From IMG/VR virus record IMGVR_UViG_3300032007_000008: a stretch of 64,000 bases of DNA; one strand, 5' to 3'. The stretch is from a virus (lineage: Duplodnaviria > Heunggongvirae > Uroviricota > Caudoviricetes). Both the position numbers and the translations under genes were made by a program. The notes beneath the pieces were generated by a model. It worked only from the letters and a program-made list of their open reading frames with translations, was not told the origin of the DNA and searched no databases. Positions 18,620 to 27,132 of this stretch are shown in pieces (the stretch's first letter is position 1; every line of letters starts with the position of its first letter).

Positions 18620-20167
18620 TTAAAACTGCATCTTTGCTTTCCAAGTCTTAAAATCTGTACAGTTCTTTACCTTAATTCCATTCTTTTTGGATTCGGAAGT
18701 AGCCTGTACGGGTTTTGGCTGTGCAGCTTGCTGAGGCTGCTGGACAGGCTTCTGCTGTGGCTGTGCAGCTTGCTGAGGCTGCTGAGCCGTAGTCTGCTGA
18801 ACAGGCTTCTGCTGAGCTGTTTGCTGTGTGGTTGCAGTTGTTGCAGTCTGTTGTAGCTGTGCAGCTTGCTGAGGCTGCTGGACAGGCTTCTGCTGAGACT
18901 GCGCCGCAGTGTTTGCAGGAGCGGCAGTTGGTGCGGCAGTTGGTGCGTCTTCGAATATGTTCTCGTGTCCTGCATCCAAATCAGCTATGCAATCTTCAAC
19001 TTCCTGCCAACTATTGAAGGCGTATATCTCTCCATCTTTATTAAACACTATGGCATCGTTTCCTGCATCCTCGAATGAGAATCCATGACCCTCCATCTTT
19101 TCAATCATATTGTCGAACACCGATTCGTCGATGACAATACTGGATTCGTCGCAACTTTCCGCAGCTTCTTTTTCCCCCTCGGAATTTCCAAATTTGTCCT
19201 TGAAGTAGTCGTATGCCTTTTTACCTCCATATACGAGAAGGGGTGTAGCCGCTAAAGCGGCAGCTGCATATGGATGATTTTTCGCGAACGTCAATGCTGT
19301 CTGTCCAGCCTGCTTCATGTTTGTAAGCACTTTAGAGCCAGCCTTGGAGATATACTCTCCAGGAGCCTCTTTGAATTTGTCTATTTGAGCAGCTACATCC
19401 TTCTTAAAAGTATCGACTTTATTTTTCAAGTCGTTTCCTATTTTCTTCGCAACGACATAACCGCCGCCAGCTGCGGCAGCAGCAGTTCCAGTCGCTTTTG
19501 CTCCGCCCTTTACAACTTCTCCTCCAACTTTAGCCACGGCACGGCCAATTGGTTTTGCAACCTTCGTGGCCGCAGTTGCAACAGGCTTTATTACCTTTGA
19601 GCCAACCGTTGCGACAGGCTTAAGAATAGTACCGGCCTTCGGAAGAACTTTTCCAACTGTTCCTATAACAGGCCCACCAGGAATAGGAGTCATCAAAGCG
19701 ATAGCATCTCCGGTAAGCTGAGCGGCTGTTTTGGTATCGTCAGCCCAAACAGCAGGCGTATCCTTCGTTACTATGATAGGTCTATTTCTAAAAGAGCCGT
19801 GGTCATTCCAAGAAGAAACATCACGATATGGTTTCACTTCGAGTCCGCCATGCGTTGTGTATGAATCGAGACCGTCTTCGTTTACAGTCTGCGATTCGCT
19901 GCCGGTTTTCTTGAGTTCGCGAGCCTTTTCTACTGCACTTTCTATAGAATCCGTGATTTTAACAGAAGACTCCTTGTCCTTTTTAACGGCATCGACCAAC
20001 GCTATAAGTGCATTTGCAACCGCTATGACATCTCGGCCATGCTTGCCGACGAATCGTATGGTGGACATTGCACCACGCCCTATCTTTGCCAACGGAATTG
20101 CTTCGTTAACGCCTGTGGATTCGGCAACCTGCATGTATGCCTGCTCAAGCTGTAGCTGTGTGTTCAT
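18620..20167 (-). CDS. Putative internal head/ejection protein A (515 aa, low complexity, DFKTWKAK terminus)
   Basis: Own late promoter (20193-20200); QAYMQVAES N-terminal motif; VNEA, VNED and IDES sites; Gly/Ala hydrophobic segments; Q/P repeats. Confidence 0.6.
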   Translation of the reverse strand: MNTQLQLEQAYMQVAESTGVNEAIPLAKIGRGAMSTIRFVGKHGRDVIAVANALIALVDAVKKDKESSVKITDSIESAVEKARELKKTGSESQTVNEDGLDSYTTHGGLEVKPYRDVSSWNDHGSFRNRPIIVTKDTPAVWADDTKTAAQLTGDAIALMTPIPGGPVIGTVGKVLPKAGTILKPVATVGSKVIKPVATAATKVAKPIGRAVAKVGGEVVKGGAKATGTAAAAAGGGYVVAKKIGNDLKNKVDTFKKDVAAQIDKFKEAPGEYISKAGSKVLTNMKQAGQTALTFAKNHPYAAAALAATPLLVYGGKKAYDYFKDKFGNSEGEKEAAESCDESSIVIDESVFDNMIEKMEGHGFSFEDAGNDAIVFNKDGEIYAFNSWQEVEDCIADLDAGHENIFEDAPTAAPTAAPANTAAQSQQKPVQQPQQAAQLQQTATTATTQQTAQQKPVQQTTAQQPQQAAQPQQKPVQQPQQAAQPKPVQATSESKKNGIKVKNCTDFKTWKAKMQF

Positions 20168-20224
20168 ATGTGATGTTTAATATTGAATGTCACTATTTAG
20201 TAAAAATGACACATTATAAGACAA

Positions 20225-20248
20225 ATGGGCATCCATTCGGATGCCCAT
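20225..20248 (-). terminator. Hairpin, probable terminator
   Basis: ATGGGCATCC-ATTC-GGATGCCCAT 10-bp stem with a weak U tract. Confidence 0.6.
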
Positions 20249-20272
20249 CATCGTGTATCGTATATTCAGTCC

Positions 20273-22159
20273 TTAAAACTTCCTCTTAGCCTTCCAAGTC
20301 TTGAAATCGGAAAAGTCCTTGACAATAGGCTTTTTAATTCCTTTGGATTCGTCTGTCGCCGCCTTTGACGAAGATGCAGAACCTGTCGATGGCTTTACTA
20401 CGGAGGAAATCTTTTCGCCTCCCTTGGACACTGCGCTTTTAACACTATTTACTGCACTGTTCAACTTTGGCGCAACCTTCTCACCGGCCTTAGCCACGGT
20501 ATTTCCAACCTTTGTCGCAGCAGCGGAAAGCTTTGGAGAAACCTTTCCCGCGACAGCGTTCATCTTATTTGCCAAATTTGGTGAAATACCGCCTGCGGCA
20601 GCTCCGACGGCACCGCCTATTGCCGCGCCCTTTGCACCACCCTTGAGAACGTCTCCGACCAACGAGGAATCCTTGTCGGCTTTGCCTGTGATATGGTCTA
20701 CGACAGCCTTGCCAGCTCCTACAACCGCACCGCCTGCCGCTCCTATCGCTCCACCGACTCCTGCGCTCTGCAAATTCTCGTTTGCGTTCTGAACACTCTC
20801 GGAAAAGTCATCGTTCGAAATGGAATCTTCGCCGTCGGAGTCCATGGACTGGAACATGTTTTCAACAGCCTCATCGTTCACTACTTCCGAAGTGTTGTCG
20901 GAAACTCCCTCGTTCGTCTTCTTGTCACTCGTGCGCATCATCTTTCCGAGTGCCACACCTCCTATAAGACCTATTCCGGCTCCAGCTCCCTTCATGAGAG
21001 TGTTTGCATTTTTTGCAACTGAGCTGAAATCGGAACCGGCTTTCGATACTGTCGCATCAAAATTGTCCATCGAAGTGTGCGCTCTGGAAGTTACACCCGA
21101 AATATCGCTTCCGGCCTTTGATACTGTTGCGTCTATGTTATCAAGCGAAGTGTTTGCGCGATTGCCAAGCTGTGAAACGGTGCCAGAAATTTCTCCTCCG
21201 ACTCTGCTCACATTAGCGTCGAGATTATCCATTGATGCAGCCGCCCTGTTCTTGACGGTATCTATGGCATCCGACGCCTTTCCGCCAACGCTGCTTACGT
21301 TCGCATCAAGATTGTCCATCGAAGCCGCTGTTCTAGCCTTGACGGTATCTATGGCATCCGACGCCTTTCCGCCAACGCTGCTTACGTTCGCATCAACATT
21401 TCCAAGCGTCTGTCCAACACGACCGCTTATATCGTCAACAGCTCCGCCTAGCTTGTCGGATGTAGCCTTTACGGAAGAAGCCGCACCGCTAATGTTTTCC
21501 AAGCCATCTGAAACTGAAGAAGCCTTCTGCTTGATGCCTGAAAGTTTTCCTTTTACCTTGTCAAAAAAACCTGGCGACTTATCGTCTTCAGTTACCTGTC
21601 CGTCTTCAGGTTTTTTTTTTCCAATCATGTCGCCGACCTTATCTCCGATAAAGCCGCCTGCCGCCCCTCCAAGCATACCTCCGACCATGCTTCCGATTCC
21701 TGGGGCTACGGCATTTCCGACGAGCATGCCTCCGACAGAACCGGCTAGGCTTCCGACGGTATTTCCTGTAGCACCTTCGTCAACCTCCTTGTTTTCTCCA
21801 TCGGAATTATCGTCATCGTCGTTCGTGGAAGCATTATCGTCTCCGTCGGAAGATGGAAGACCGCCATCTCCTTCATTGTCTCCGCCACCAAGACCGTCGT
21901 CTCCGCCTAGACCGTCTCCTGAGTCAAGACCGCCTTCGCCATCGTCGGCATTTCCTTCTCCATCATCGTCAGAATTTCCATCGTCGTTGGTGTCTGAATT
22001 CTCATCGTCATCGCTCTGTCCCTCATCCTCGTCTTCATCATCCTTAAGGATTGGGTCGTCAGGCTCGATGTCAAGTTTCTCCATCAAAGAGTGGTTTCTG
22101 TCACGGAGTTCCTCGATAATTTTATCGAGTCCCGCCAACACGTCAGTTTCTTTCATCAT
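20273..22159 (-). CDS. Putative internal head/ejection protein B (628 aa, glycine zippers, 29-aa repeats, DFKTWKAK terminus)
   Basis: Own late promoter (22193-22200); acidic D/G N-terminus; GxxxG zippers; VDEG, VTED, TNEG and ANEN sites. Confidence 0.6.
   Translation of the reverse strand: MMKETDVLAGLDKIIEELRDRNHSLMEKLDIEPDDPILKDDEDEDEGQSDDDENSDTNDDGNSDDDGEGNADDGEGGLDSGDGLGGDDGLGGGDNEGDGGLPSSDGDDNASTNDDDDNSDGENKEVDEGATGNTVGSLAGSVGGMLVGNAVAPGIGSMVGGMLGGAAGGFIGDKVGDMIGKKKPEDGQVTEDDKSPGFFDKVKGKLSGIKQKASSVSDGLENISGAASSVKATSDKLGGAVDDISGRVGQTLGNVDANVSSVGGKASDAIDTVKARTAASMDNLDANVSSVGGKASDAIDTVKNRAAASMDNLDANVSRVGGEISGTVSQLGNRANTSLDNIDATVSKAGSDISGVTSRAHTSMDNFDATVSKAGSDFSSVAKNANTLMKGAGAGIGLIGGVALGKMMRTSDKKTNEGVSDNTSEVVNDEAVENMFQSMDSDGEDSISNDDFSESVQNANENLQSAGVGGAIGAAGGAVVGAGKAVVDHITGKADKDSSLVGDVLKGGAKGAAIGGAVGAAAGGISPNLANKMNAVAGKVSPKLSAAATKVGNTVAKAGEKVAPKLNSAVNSVKSAVSKGGEKISSVVKPSTGSASSSKAATDESKGIKKPIVKDFSDFKTWKAKRKF
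21050..21410 (-). repeat. 87-bp (29-aa) in-frame tandem repeats, degenerating distally
   Basis: A ~58-nt block starting ttgacggtatctatggcatccgacgcc recurs at 21252 and 21339; protein unit LDANVSSVGGKASDAIDTVKxRxAASMDN. Confidence 0.9.
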
Positions 22160-22216
22160 AGGTTGAATGCCTTAATAAGTATTTTGATGACACTATTTAG
22201 GCGAGAGACTTAAAAC

Positions 22217-23236
22217 TTACAGTTTACCATACAATGAAATCAACAGTCCAATCATCTGTAGGCTTGGGTCTGTAACCTGACTCATGCGATATGCAGAATC
22301 CGCAATCATCGGAATGGTGGTATGGCTGTATCCGTTTCGCATTACGGATTCCATGAGTGAACTTGCAAAAATCTCATAATCCCCAGAAAATATTTGTGTA
22401 TTGCCAGTTACAGTCATTCGCACAGTTCTGTAGTCCTTTCCATCCTTGACCATCTTGAGAATCTTATCGGCGAAAGTGTCAAGTTCACTTGAGGCAGTAT
22501 TTACCTTTGCGTCATCTTTTATTCGCAAAGTACCGTCAAAGCACATCAACTGTGCCGTATTGATTATTAGACGTATATCAGGCATGCTTGGAGCGACAAA
22601 TTTCTTCGTGAATTCAAGCGCGGTTTCACGGTCGTACTTTATCCCCTCGGCATCCCATATAGTCTTCAATCGGCATGCTACGTCCTTGAGCGTAAAACCT
22701 ATATGGAGTTTTGGGCAGCGTGAAAAGATAGGCTCGATAATCTTCTTCGGATAATTGCAGGTTATTATGAATCTCGTATCTGTGAAAGACTCCATCAGAG
22801 AACGCAACGCCTTCTGCATTCCATTTGCAGCCGCGTTTCCGCCTGACGCTGCATCGAACTCGTCCAGAATTATGCACTTAATCCTGCCAGACGAAGCCGA
22901 TTCACAGAAAGGCTGAATCCTATTCCTAACGACATCGACGGTTCCGTCAACGCCGCAGTTTAGAAAAAGGGTCTCAGCATCGACAGACCTAGCCAACAAT
23001 CTTGCCAATGTCGATTTTCCTATGCCTGCCGTTCCAAACAGCGTCATGCTAGAAATATCCTTGGATTCAATCATGGATTTCAGCAGGTCCTTCGTATCTG
23101 CGTTAAGAACCATGTCATCCAACGTTCGAGGGCGATATTTTTCAACCCACGAAACGCTTACGTTCTTTACCGTCTTGTCATCGTTCTCGTTTGTCGAGAA
23201 TATGTCTATCTTTTCTTCTGTGTTTTCTGTTTCCAT
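22217..23236 (-). CDS. g44: Clamp loader AAA+ subunit (T4 gp44/RFC-like)
   Basis: WVEKYRP, GTAGIGKST (Walker A), IILDEFD (Walker B), FIITCNY and SRC motif. Confidence 0.95.
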   Translation of the reverse strand: METENTEEKIDIFSTNENDDKTVKNVSVSWVEKYRPRTLDDMVLNADTKDLLKSMIESKDISSMTLFGTAGIGKSTLARLLARSVDAETLFLNCGVDGTVDVVRNRIQPFCESASSGRIKCIILDEFDAASGGNAAANGMQKALRSLMESFTDTRFIITCNYPKKIIEPIFSRCPKLHIGFTLKDVACRLKTIWDAEGIKYDRETALEFTKKFVAPSMPDIRLIINTAQLMCFDGTLRIKDDAKVNTASSELDTFADKILKMVKDGKDYRTVRMTVTGNTQIFSGDYEIFASSLMESVMRNGYSHTTIPMIADSAYRMSQVTDPSLQMIGLLISLYGKL

Positions 23237-23248
23237 GTCAATTCCGTC

Positions 23249-24799
23249 CTAAAAAATGTCAAATGAAGCGTCCTCTACGGATTTCGTAGGGTCGAACTTC
23301 GAATAGTTCATGATATTTACATAATTTTCGAGGGACTTTGTGAAAATCTTCTCAAACATCTTGTTGTAGTCCTGATGGAACATAGTCCTGAACTCGTCTG
23401 GAAATACACCCTTAAACCCGACAACATCAAGCCCATATGGATTGGTTGGAAGAACATAGGAATATCGCATTTCGTCTCCAATTCCTATATTGGGATATTT
23501 TCCTCCTATGTTAAGCTCTTCAAGCAGTCCATTGTATATGTTTGCAGCTCTCGCATGTACGCCCGCGCCCTTTTCCGACTTCGTAAGGCTTATTGCGGCT
23601 TTCGGCGTTCTAAGCTTCTTGTAGAACGACATATCGCCCCAATCCAACTTTATAAACTTCCTATACGCCTCGTTAACAGCCGATATGTAGTCGCTTTCGC
23701 TCCACCGTCTCGTCATTGTCGTTTCATAGATGTCCTTTAAAAACGTCTTCATCGAAGCTGGTATTTCAGCCTTCTTTACGGAAATGCCAGAATATTTGAA
23801 TTTATCGCACGGAAGGTCGTCCGAAATAATCTTGTGAACTATGTAATGCTTCTTCTTGAAATAGAACCCCTCCGCAGCAATATACTCCAACGCATACCTC
23901 AGCACACTCCCCTGCGTAGTGTAGCAGTTGGTGTTTATTAGCTGCTCGACGTTCGCGTTCACAAGCTTCATTATATTGTATGCGTCGTCTACGACGGCCT
24001 TCTTGACGTTTTCTGGAAGTTCGGAAAACCGCGTATCCTCTGAAATTCCGGCTTCGCGGCATTTGCTCTTGGTTATTGGAGAGAGGTTTATAAACTGAGA
24101 GTTGTGGACTAACACTCCATTCGCGTAGTATACATGCATCCCAGACTTGACTTCAAGGTCATACACCCAGCATCCTTGCTCGTTTGGGTCTTCTTCTACG
24201 GATTCTACCGTTGCGGCTCCTGTACTAGCATACAGTGAAAACATCGGGTCTCCACCGGCATAAGCATAAGATTCCTGCTCTCCGTCGAACACCCTTTTGC
24301 ATTCGGCCATTGTGAAATCCTTGGCCTTGTCTATGAATTCCTCAAGAACCGGAAGCTTGTCTCCTACCTTAAGCTCCTTGGCAGACTTGAACCCTATTAG
24401 GTTTTCTATTGAATACTTGTCTGGTTCATCAATGCATTCATGGGAATCTAGCTTCTCAAGCATCTCGTCGAACAAATCGTTGTAGTATGAACATGTATGG
24501 TCGTTCGTTGTCTTGAGAATGAATTTCTTTCCATCGGAAACGCGAGACGCACGGATTGTATATATCGGCTTTGTAACAAAATGCCTCGATATGCAAACCA
24601 CATCGGAATACGTGTCGGACCTTTTTCTATCAAACATGGAAAACACGCCAGAACCGTAGTCTCCTACGCGAACCTTCACCGTTCCGCTATTCGGTCTTAT
24701 CAGAAAATTGGAATTATCTCCGTTTTTAACCTCTTCCACATCCATTTTTGATGAAAGGATGTCCCAGAGTCTGCCTATGTTTAGATTTACGTCTTTCAT
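23249..24799 (-). CDS. g43: Split-intein C fragment fused to the C-terminal half of family B DNA polymerase
   Basis: Residues 1-233 carry intein blocks B (TTNDH), F (VYDLEV) and G (VHN). The extein starts SQFIN, the continuation of YGDTD|S, then KKKHY, KYSGISVKK and FEKIF polB motifs. Confidence 0.88.
   Translation of the reverse strand: MKDVNLNIGRLWDILSSKMDVEEVKNGDNSNFLIRPNSGTVKVRVGDYGSGVFSMFDRKRSDTYSDVVCISRHFVTKPIYTIRASRVSDGKKFILKTTNDHTCSYYNDLFDEMLEKLDSHECIDEPDKYSIENLIGFKSAKELKVGDKLPVLEEFIDKAKDFTMAECKRVFDGEQESYAYAGGDPMFSLYASTGAATVESVEEDPNEQGCWVYDLEVKSGMHVYYANGVLVHNSQFINLSPITKSKCREAGISEDTRFSELPENVKKAVVDDAYNIMKLVNANVEQLINTNCYTTQGSVLRYALEYIAAEGFYFKKKHYIVHKIISDDLPCDKFKYSGISVKKAEIPASMKTFLKDIYETTMTRRWSESDYISAVNEAYRKFIKLDWGDMSFYKKLRTPKAAISLTKSEKGAGVHARAANIYNGLLEELNIGGKYPNIGIGDEMRYSYVLPTNPYGLDVVGFKGVFPDEFRTMFHQDYNKMFEKIFTKSLENYVNIMNYSKFDPTKSVEDASFDIF
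24101..24799 (-). mobile_element. Intein C fragment, no block A, no homing endonuclease
   Basis: Ends HN at 24101-24106, immediately followed by Ser+1. Confidence 0.85.
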
Positions 24800-24802
24800 C
24801 TC

Positions 24803-25390
24803 TCAACCGTTAAATTTCACCGCAGGAAGCCTATAGTCGTAATCGAAATACTTCGTCTTCCCAAGAACATACATTGCATTATCTTCCGAGGAGTGGAGAG
24901 AAACCTTGTCGCCTATTCCATATCCCCGATATTCGCAACCTTCTCCTATCGACCTGACTATTCCATACGGGTCTATATCCGTAATCTGAATAAAGCCGTA
25001 TTCGTTTATAGTCTCTTTTGGCTCAACAGCCTCAAGTATTATTCTTCCCTTAAGGGCATGAACTTCATTTCCGTTTACATCTGTCCTAAAAAGCACGTTC
25101 TTGCAATTTATGAAAGAGATTGGAAACGTATCGGCAAAACGGGCAAGCATGTCAACATACACGTAGTCTCCAACATTTATCGATGTCTTCTCATTCACCT
25201 TCGCGCCTTGCTTGACAACCCTGTACCAGAACATGCGAGTATTCCTGTTGAGGGAGTCCACCATAACTATTTCACCGTTTCTCTGCTCTACATTTGGAAC
25301 CTCTGCACGAATACACATCATGTCGTCTCCCATTTGCCGTGGAATGACATCATATTCTCCGTCTGATTGTCCTATCTGCTGAATGTTCAT
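24803..25390 (-). CDS. Tandem two-domain GroES-like co-chaperonin
   Basis: Two units: ..GEIVM..RVVKQG..INVGDYVYV and LKGRIILE..GFIQI..GIVRSIGEG..IGDKV. Confidence 0.7.
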   Translation of the reverse strand: MNIQQIGQSDGEYDVIPRQMGDDMMCIRAEVPNVEQRNGEIVMVDSLNRNTRMFWYRVVKQGAKVNEKTSINVGDYVYVDMLARFADTFPISFINCKNVLFRTDVNGNEVHALKGRIILEAVEPKETINEYGFIQITDIDPYGIVRSIGEGCEYRGYGIGDKVSLHSSEDNAMYVLGKTKYFDYDYRLPAVKFNG

Positions 25391-25416
25391 ACTATTGCTC
25401 CATAAGCAATGGATAG

Positions 25417-25445
25417 ATTATAGCACAGAAGCGGTTTTTCCGCAA
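25417..25445 (-). promoter_or_regulatory. sigma70-type promoter TTGCGG-17-TATAAT (extended -10) inside an inverted repeat
   Basis: -10 at 25417-25422, -35 at 25440-25445; 13-bp arms AGAAGCGGTTTTT/AAAAACCGCTTCT at 25427-25439 and 25450-25462. Confidence 0.7.
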
Positions 25446-25489
25446 CAGAAAAAACCGCTTCTATCATTTTTATCCTATTATGGAGTCCT

Positions 25490-26320
25490 CTATCCGACAA
25501 GCTCTCTCGCATCGCATGGGTATTTCGACACGAAAATCTCGCCTGCGCAATTTCGGCTGTTCGCCTCCATTACGTTTGATGGCGGAGGTGCAATAAACAC
25601 GGACTCGCAAACTGAATTTTCCTTGAAGGTGAACCGTTTCATCGTCCCTTTGTCGAATGGACTGTCTTCGGCATTCACTTTGTTCAAAGAGGTGAAATAT
25701 TCCTGAGCTATGTCGTTCAGTTTCGCATCCTTCCCAAACCACCTCTGTTCAGTGCCAACAGGGTCTCCATTCGGGTACTGTGTCGTCACATAATAGTATG
25801 GGGCTTCGCCTGGGGGACAAATAAGAACCGATTCCTGACGATACTTCTGTCCAAGTGCTATCGCAGCCTTTTTTACGCGCTCAAATGGATTTTCGTCACT
25901 GTTTCCAGACTGCGCTGGAATAAGAAACGACCTTTCGAACACATCTTCGCCAGGAGTTACCTCAGGATGTTCGTTGTCGCGACCTTCCTTGTATCCTCCA
26001 AAAACCTGTACATATCCAAGTCCCATGCTTTTGAGGTCTGACTGCAACTCCTTGGTCTTCACGTTGTTCCAATATTTCGGATTGACGTATGTTGACTGCA
26101 AATTCTTCGATAGAGCCTTAAACTCGTCGCTATCGGTTCCACCAAGCTTTCCAACCTCATATGCAGCCCAGTCTCCCCTGCATGCGGAAACTATGCAGTA
26201 GCCAACATCCTGCTTTCCGAGGACATGAGCAAGTGACGCTTCGCTAAGCTCTGTCGCACATGTTGATTCAACGACCTGCTTATACGCTTCAGCTATTTTC
26301 TTGTTAAACAATATATCCAT
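25490..26320 (-). CDS. SAM-lyase-like protein (T3 SAMase/Svi3-3 family) with an N-terminal extension
   Basis: CIVSACRG..NNVKTKELQSDLKSMGLGYVQVFGGYKE..ERSFLIP..LGQKYRQESVLI parallels the VSAFR..GxYxE..ExS..QDxVL pattern I recall for this family. Start set at MDILF; GTG 26341 is the alternative. Confidence 0.65.
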   Translation of the reverse strand: MDILFNKKIAEAYKQVVESTCATELSEASLAHVLGKQDVGYCIVSACRGDWAAYEVGKLGGTDSDEFKALSKNLQSTYVNPKYWNNVKTKELQSDLKSMGLGYVQVFGGYKEGRDNEHPEVTPGEDVFERSFLIPAQSGNSDENPFERVKKAAIALGQKYRQESVLICPPGEAPYYYVTTQYPNGDPVGTEQRWFGKDAKLNDIAQEYFTSLNKVNAEDSPFDKGTMKRFTFKENSVCESVFIAPPPSNVMEANSRNCAGEIFVSKYPCDARELVG

Positions 26321-26346
26321 AAGCCTATTTTTCCGTAACACCGTTA

Positions 26347-26375
26347 AGTATACTACATTACTCAGTTTTTGTCAA
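26347..26375 (-). promoter_or_regulatory. sigma70 promoter TTGACA-17-TATACT
   Basis: Near-consensus boxes with exact spacing. Confidence 0.8.
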
Positions 26376-26377
26376 TA

Positions 26378-27073
26378 TTAAATCTTCTTCAAAAGAGTAT
26401 CCCACGCACCAAGTATTATTTCCTTCTTTTTTGCGGAATCGAAGGTTTTTGTTGAAGAATTGATTGCTCTCTCGTATTCCTCAAGAGTACATTCCACTAT
26501 CTGACCATGTGTATCAATCATGAAATCCTTCGATTCAAGCACACCTTCGCAGAACAGTCCTATGCTTGGGTCGCATACTAGGTCAATCGTGCTGAGCGAA
26601 TAGTTCCTTACATAATCTCCAACTATTTCCCCTACACCTCTTGTTGACATGCCCATCGGAGTGTCGTAATCTATATAAGCCTTTGCGAGGTCTGCGGCTG
26701 GAGTTCCCTTTTGGTTGTGAGCTGGGTCGCTATACATCAAAGTTGCCACTCCGTTCCAAACCTTGTTTTCGGGGTCAAGTTCTAGGTCGAGTATTTTTAT
26801 CGCAGCCCTTGAACGGTCAACCTTGTTGTCCGTTGGATGTTCAAAGTCTCCAAAAGCGCGAGATGGTCTTACAGAATCTTCGATAAACTTGTCAACCTGC
26901 GGTTTCAGTTCATTGAAATCGTACATCCTATGGTTTCTGTTCAACTTGTCGGCAACTATGAATGTTCCACGAAAATTGTATGGATGAAAACCGTCCTCAC
27001 GAGCTTTCGAATTATCGAAAGTCACTGCCCTTTCAAGAGCGTCTCTCGTATCTTCAACAATAAGCTTAAGCAT
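26378..27073 (-). CDS. g21: Prohead core protein protease (gp21-like)
   Basis: LNRNHRMY, GDFEHP, GMSTRGVG and IDLVCDPS motifs; late promoter variant at 27096-27103. Confidence 0.93.
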   Translation of the reverse strand: MLKLIVEDTRDALERAVTFDNSKAREDGFHPYNFRGTFIVADKLNRNHRMYDFNELKPQVDKFIEDSVRPSRAFGDFEHPTDNKVDRSRAAIKILDLELDPENKVWNGVATLMYSDPAHNQKGTPAADLAKAYIDYDTPMGMSTRGVGEIVGDYVRNYSLSTIDLVCDPSIGLFCEGVLESKDFMIDTHGQIVECTLEEYERAINSSTKTFDSAKKKEIILGAWDTLLKKI

Positions 27074-27132
27074 GGTTTGAAAATGTTTTATGTCATTATT
27101 TAGGGTTTATTAACAGAAATGACATAATGCAA

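Noticed and set aside
20301-22166. Long antisense ORFs over the 628-aa gene, and similar ones at 27491-28515 and 31398-32149
   Set aside because: They are shadows of low-complexity Gly/Ala/Asp/Lys coding sequence.
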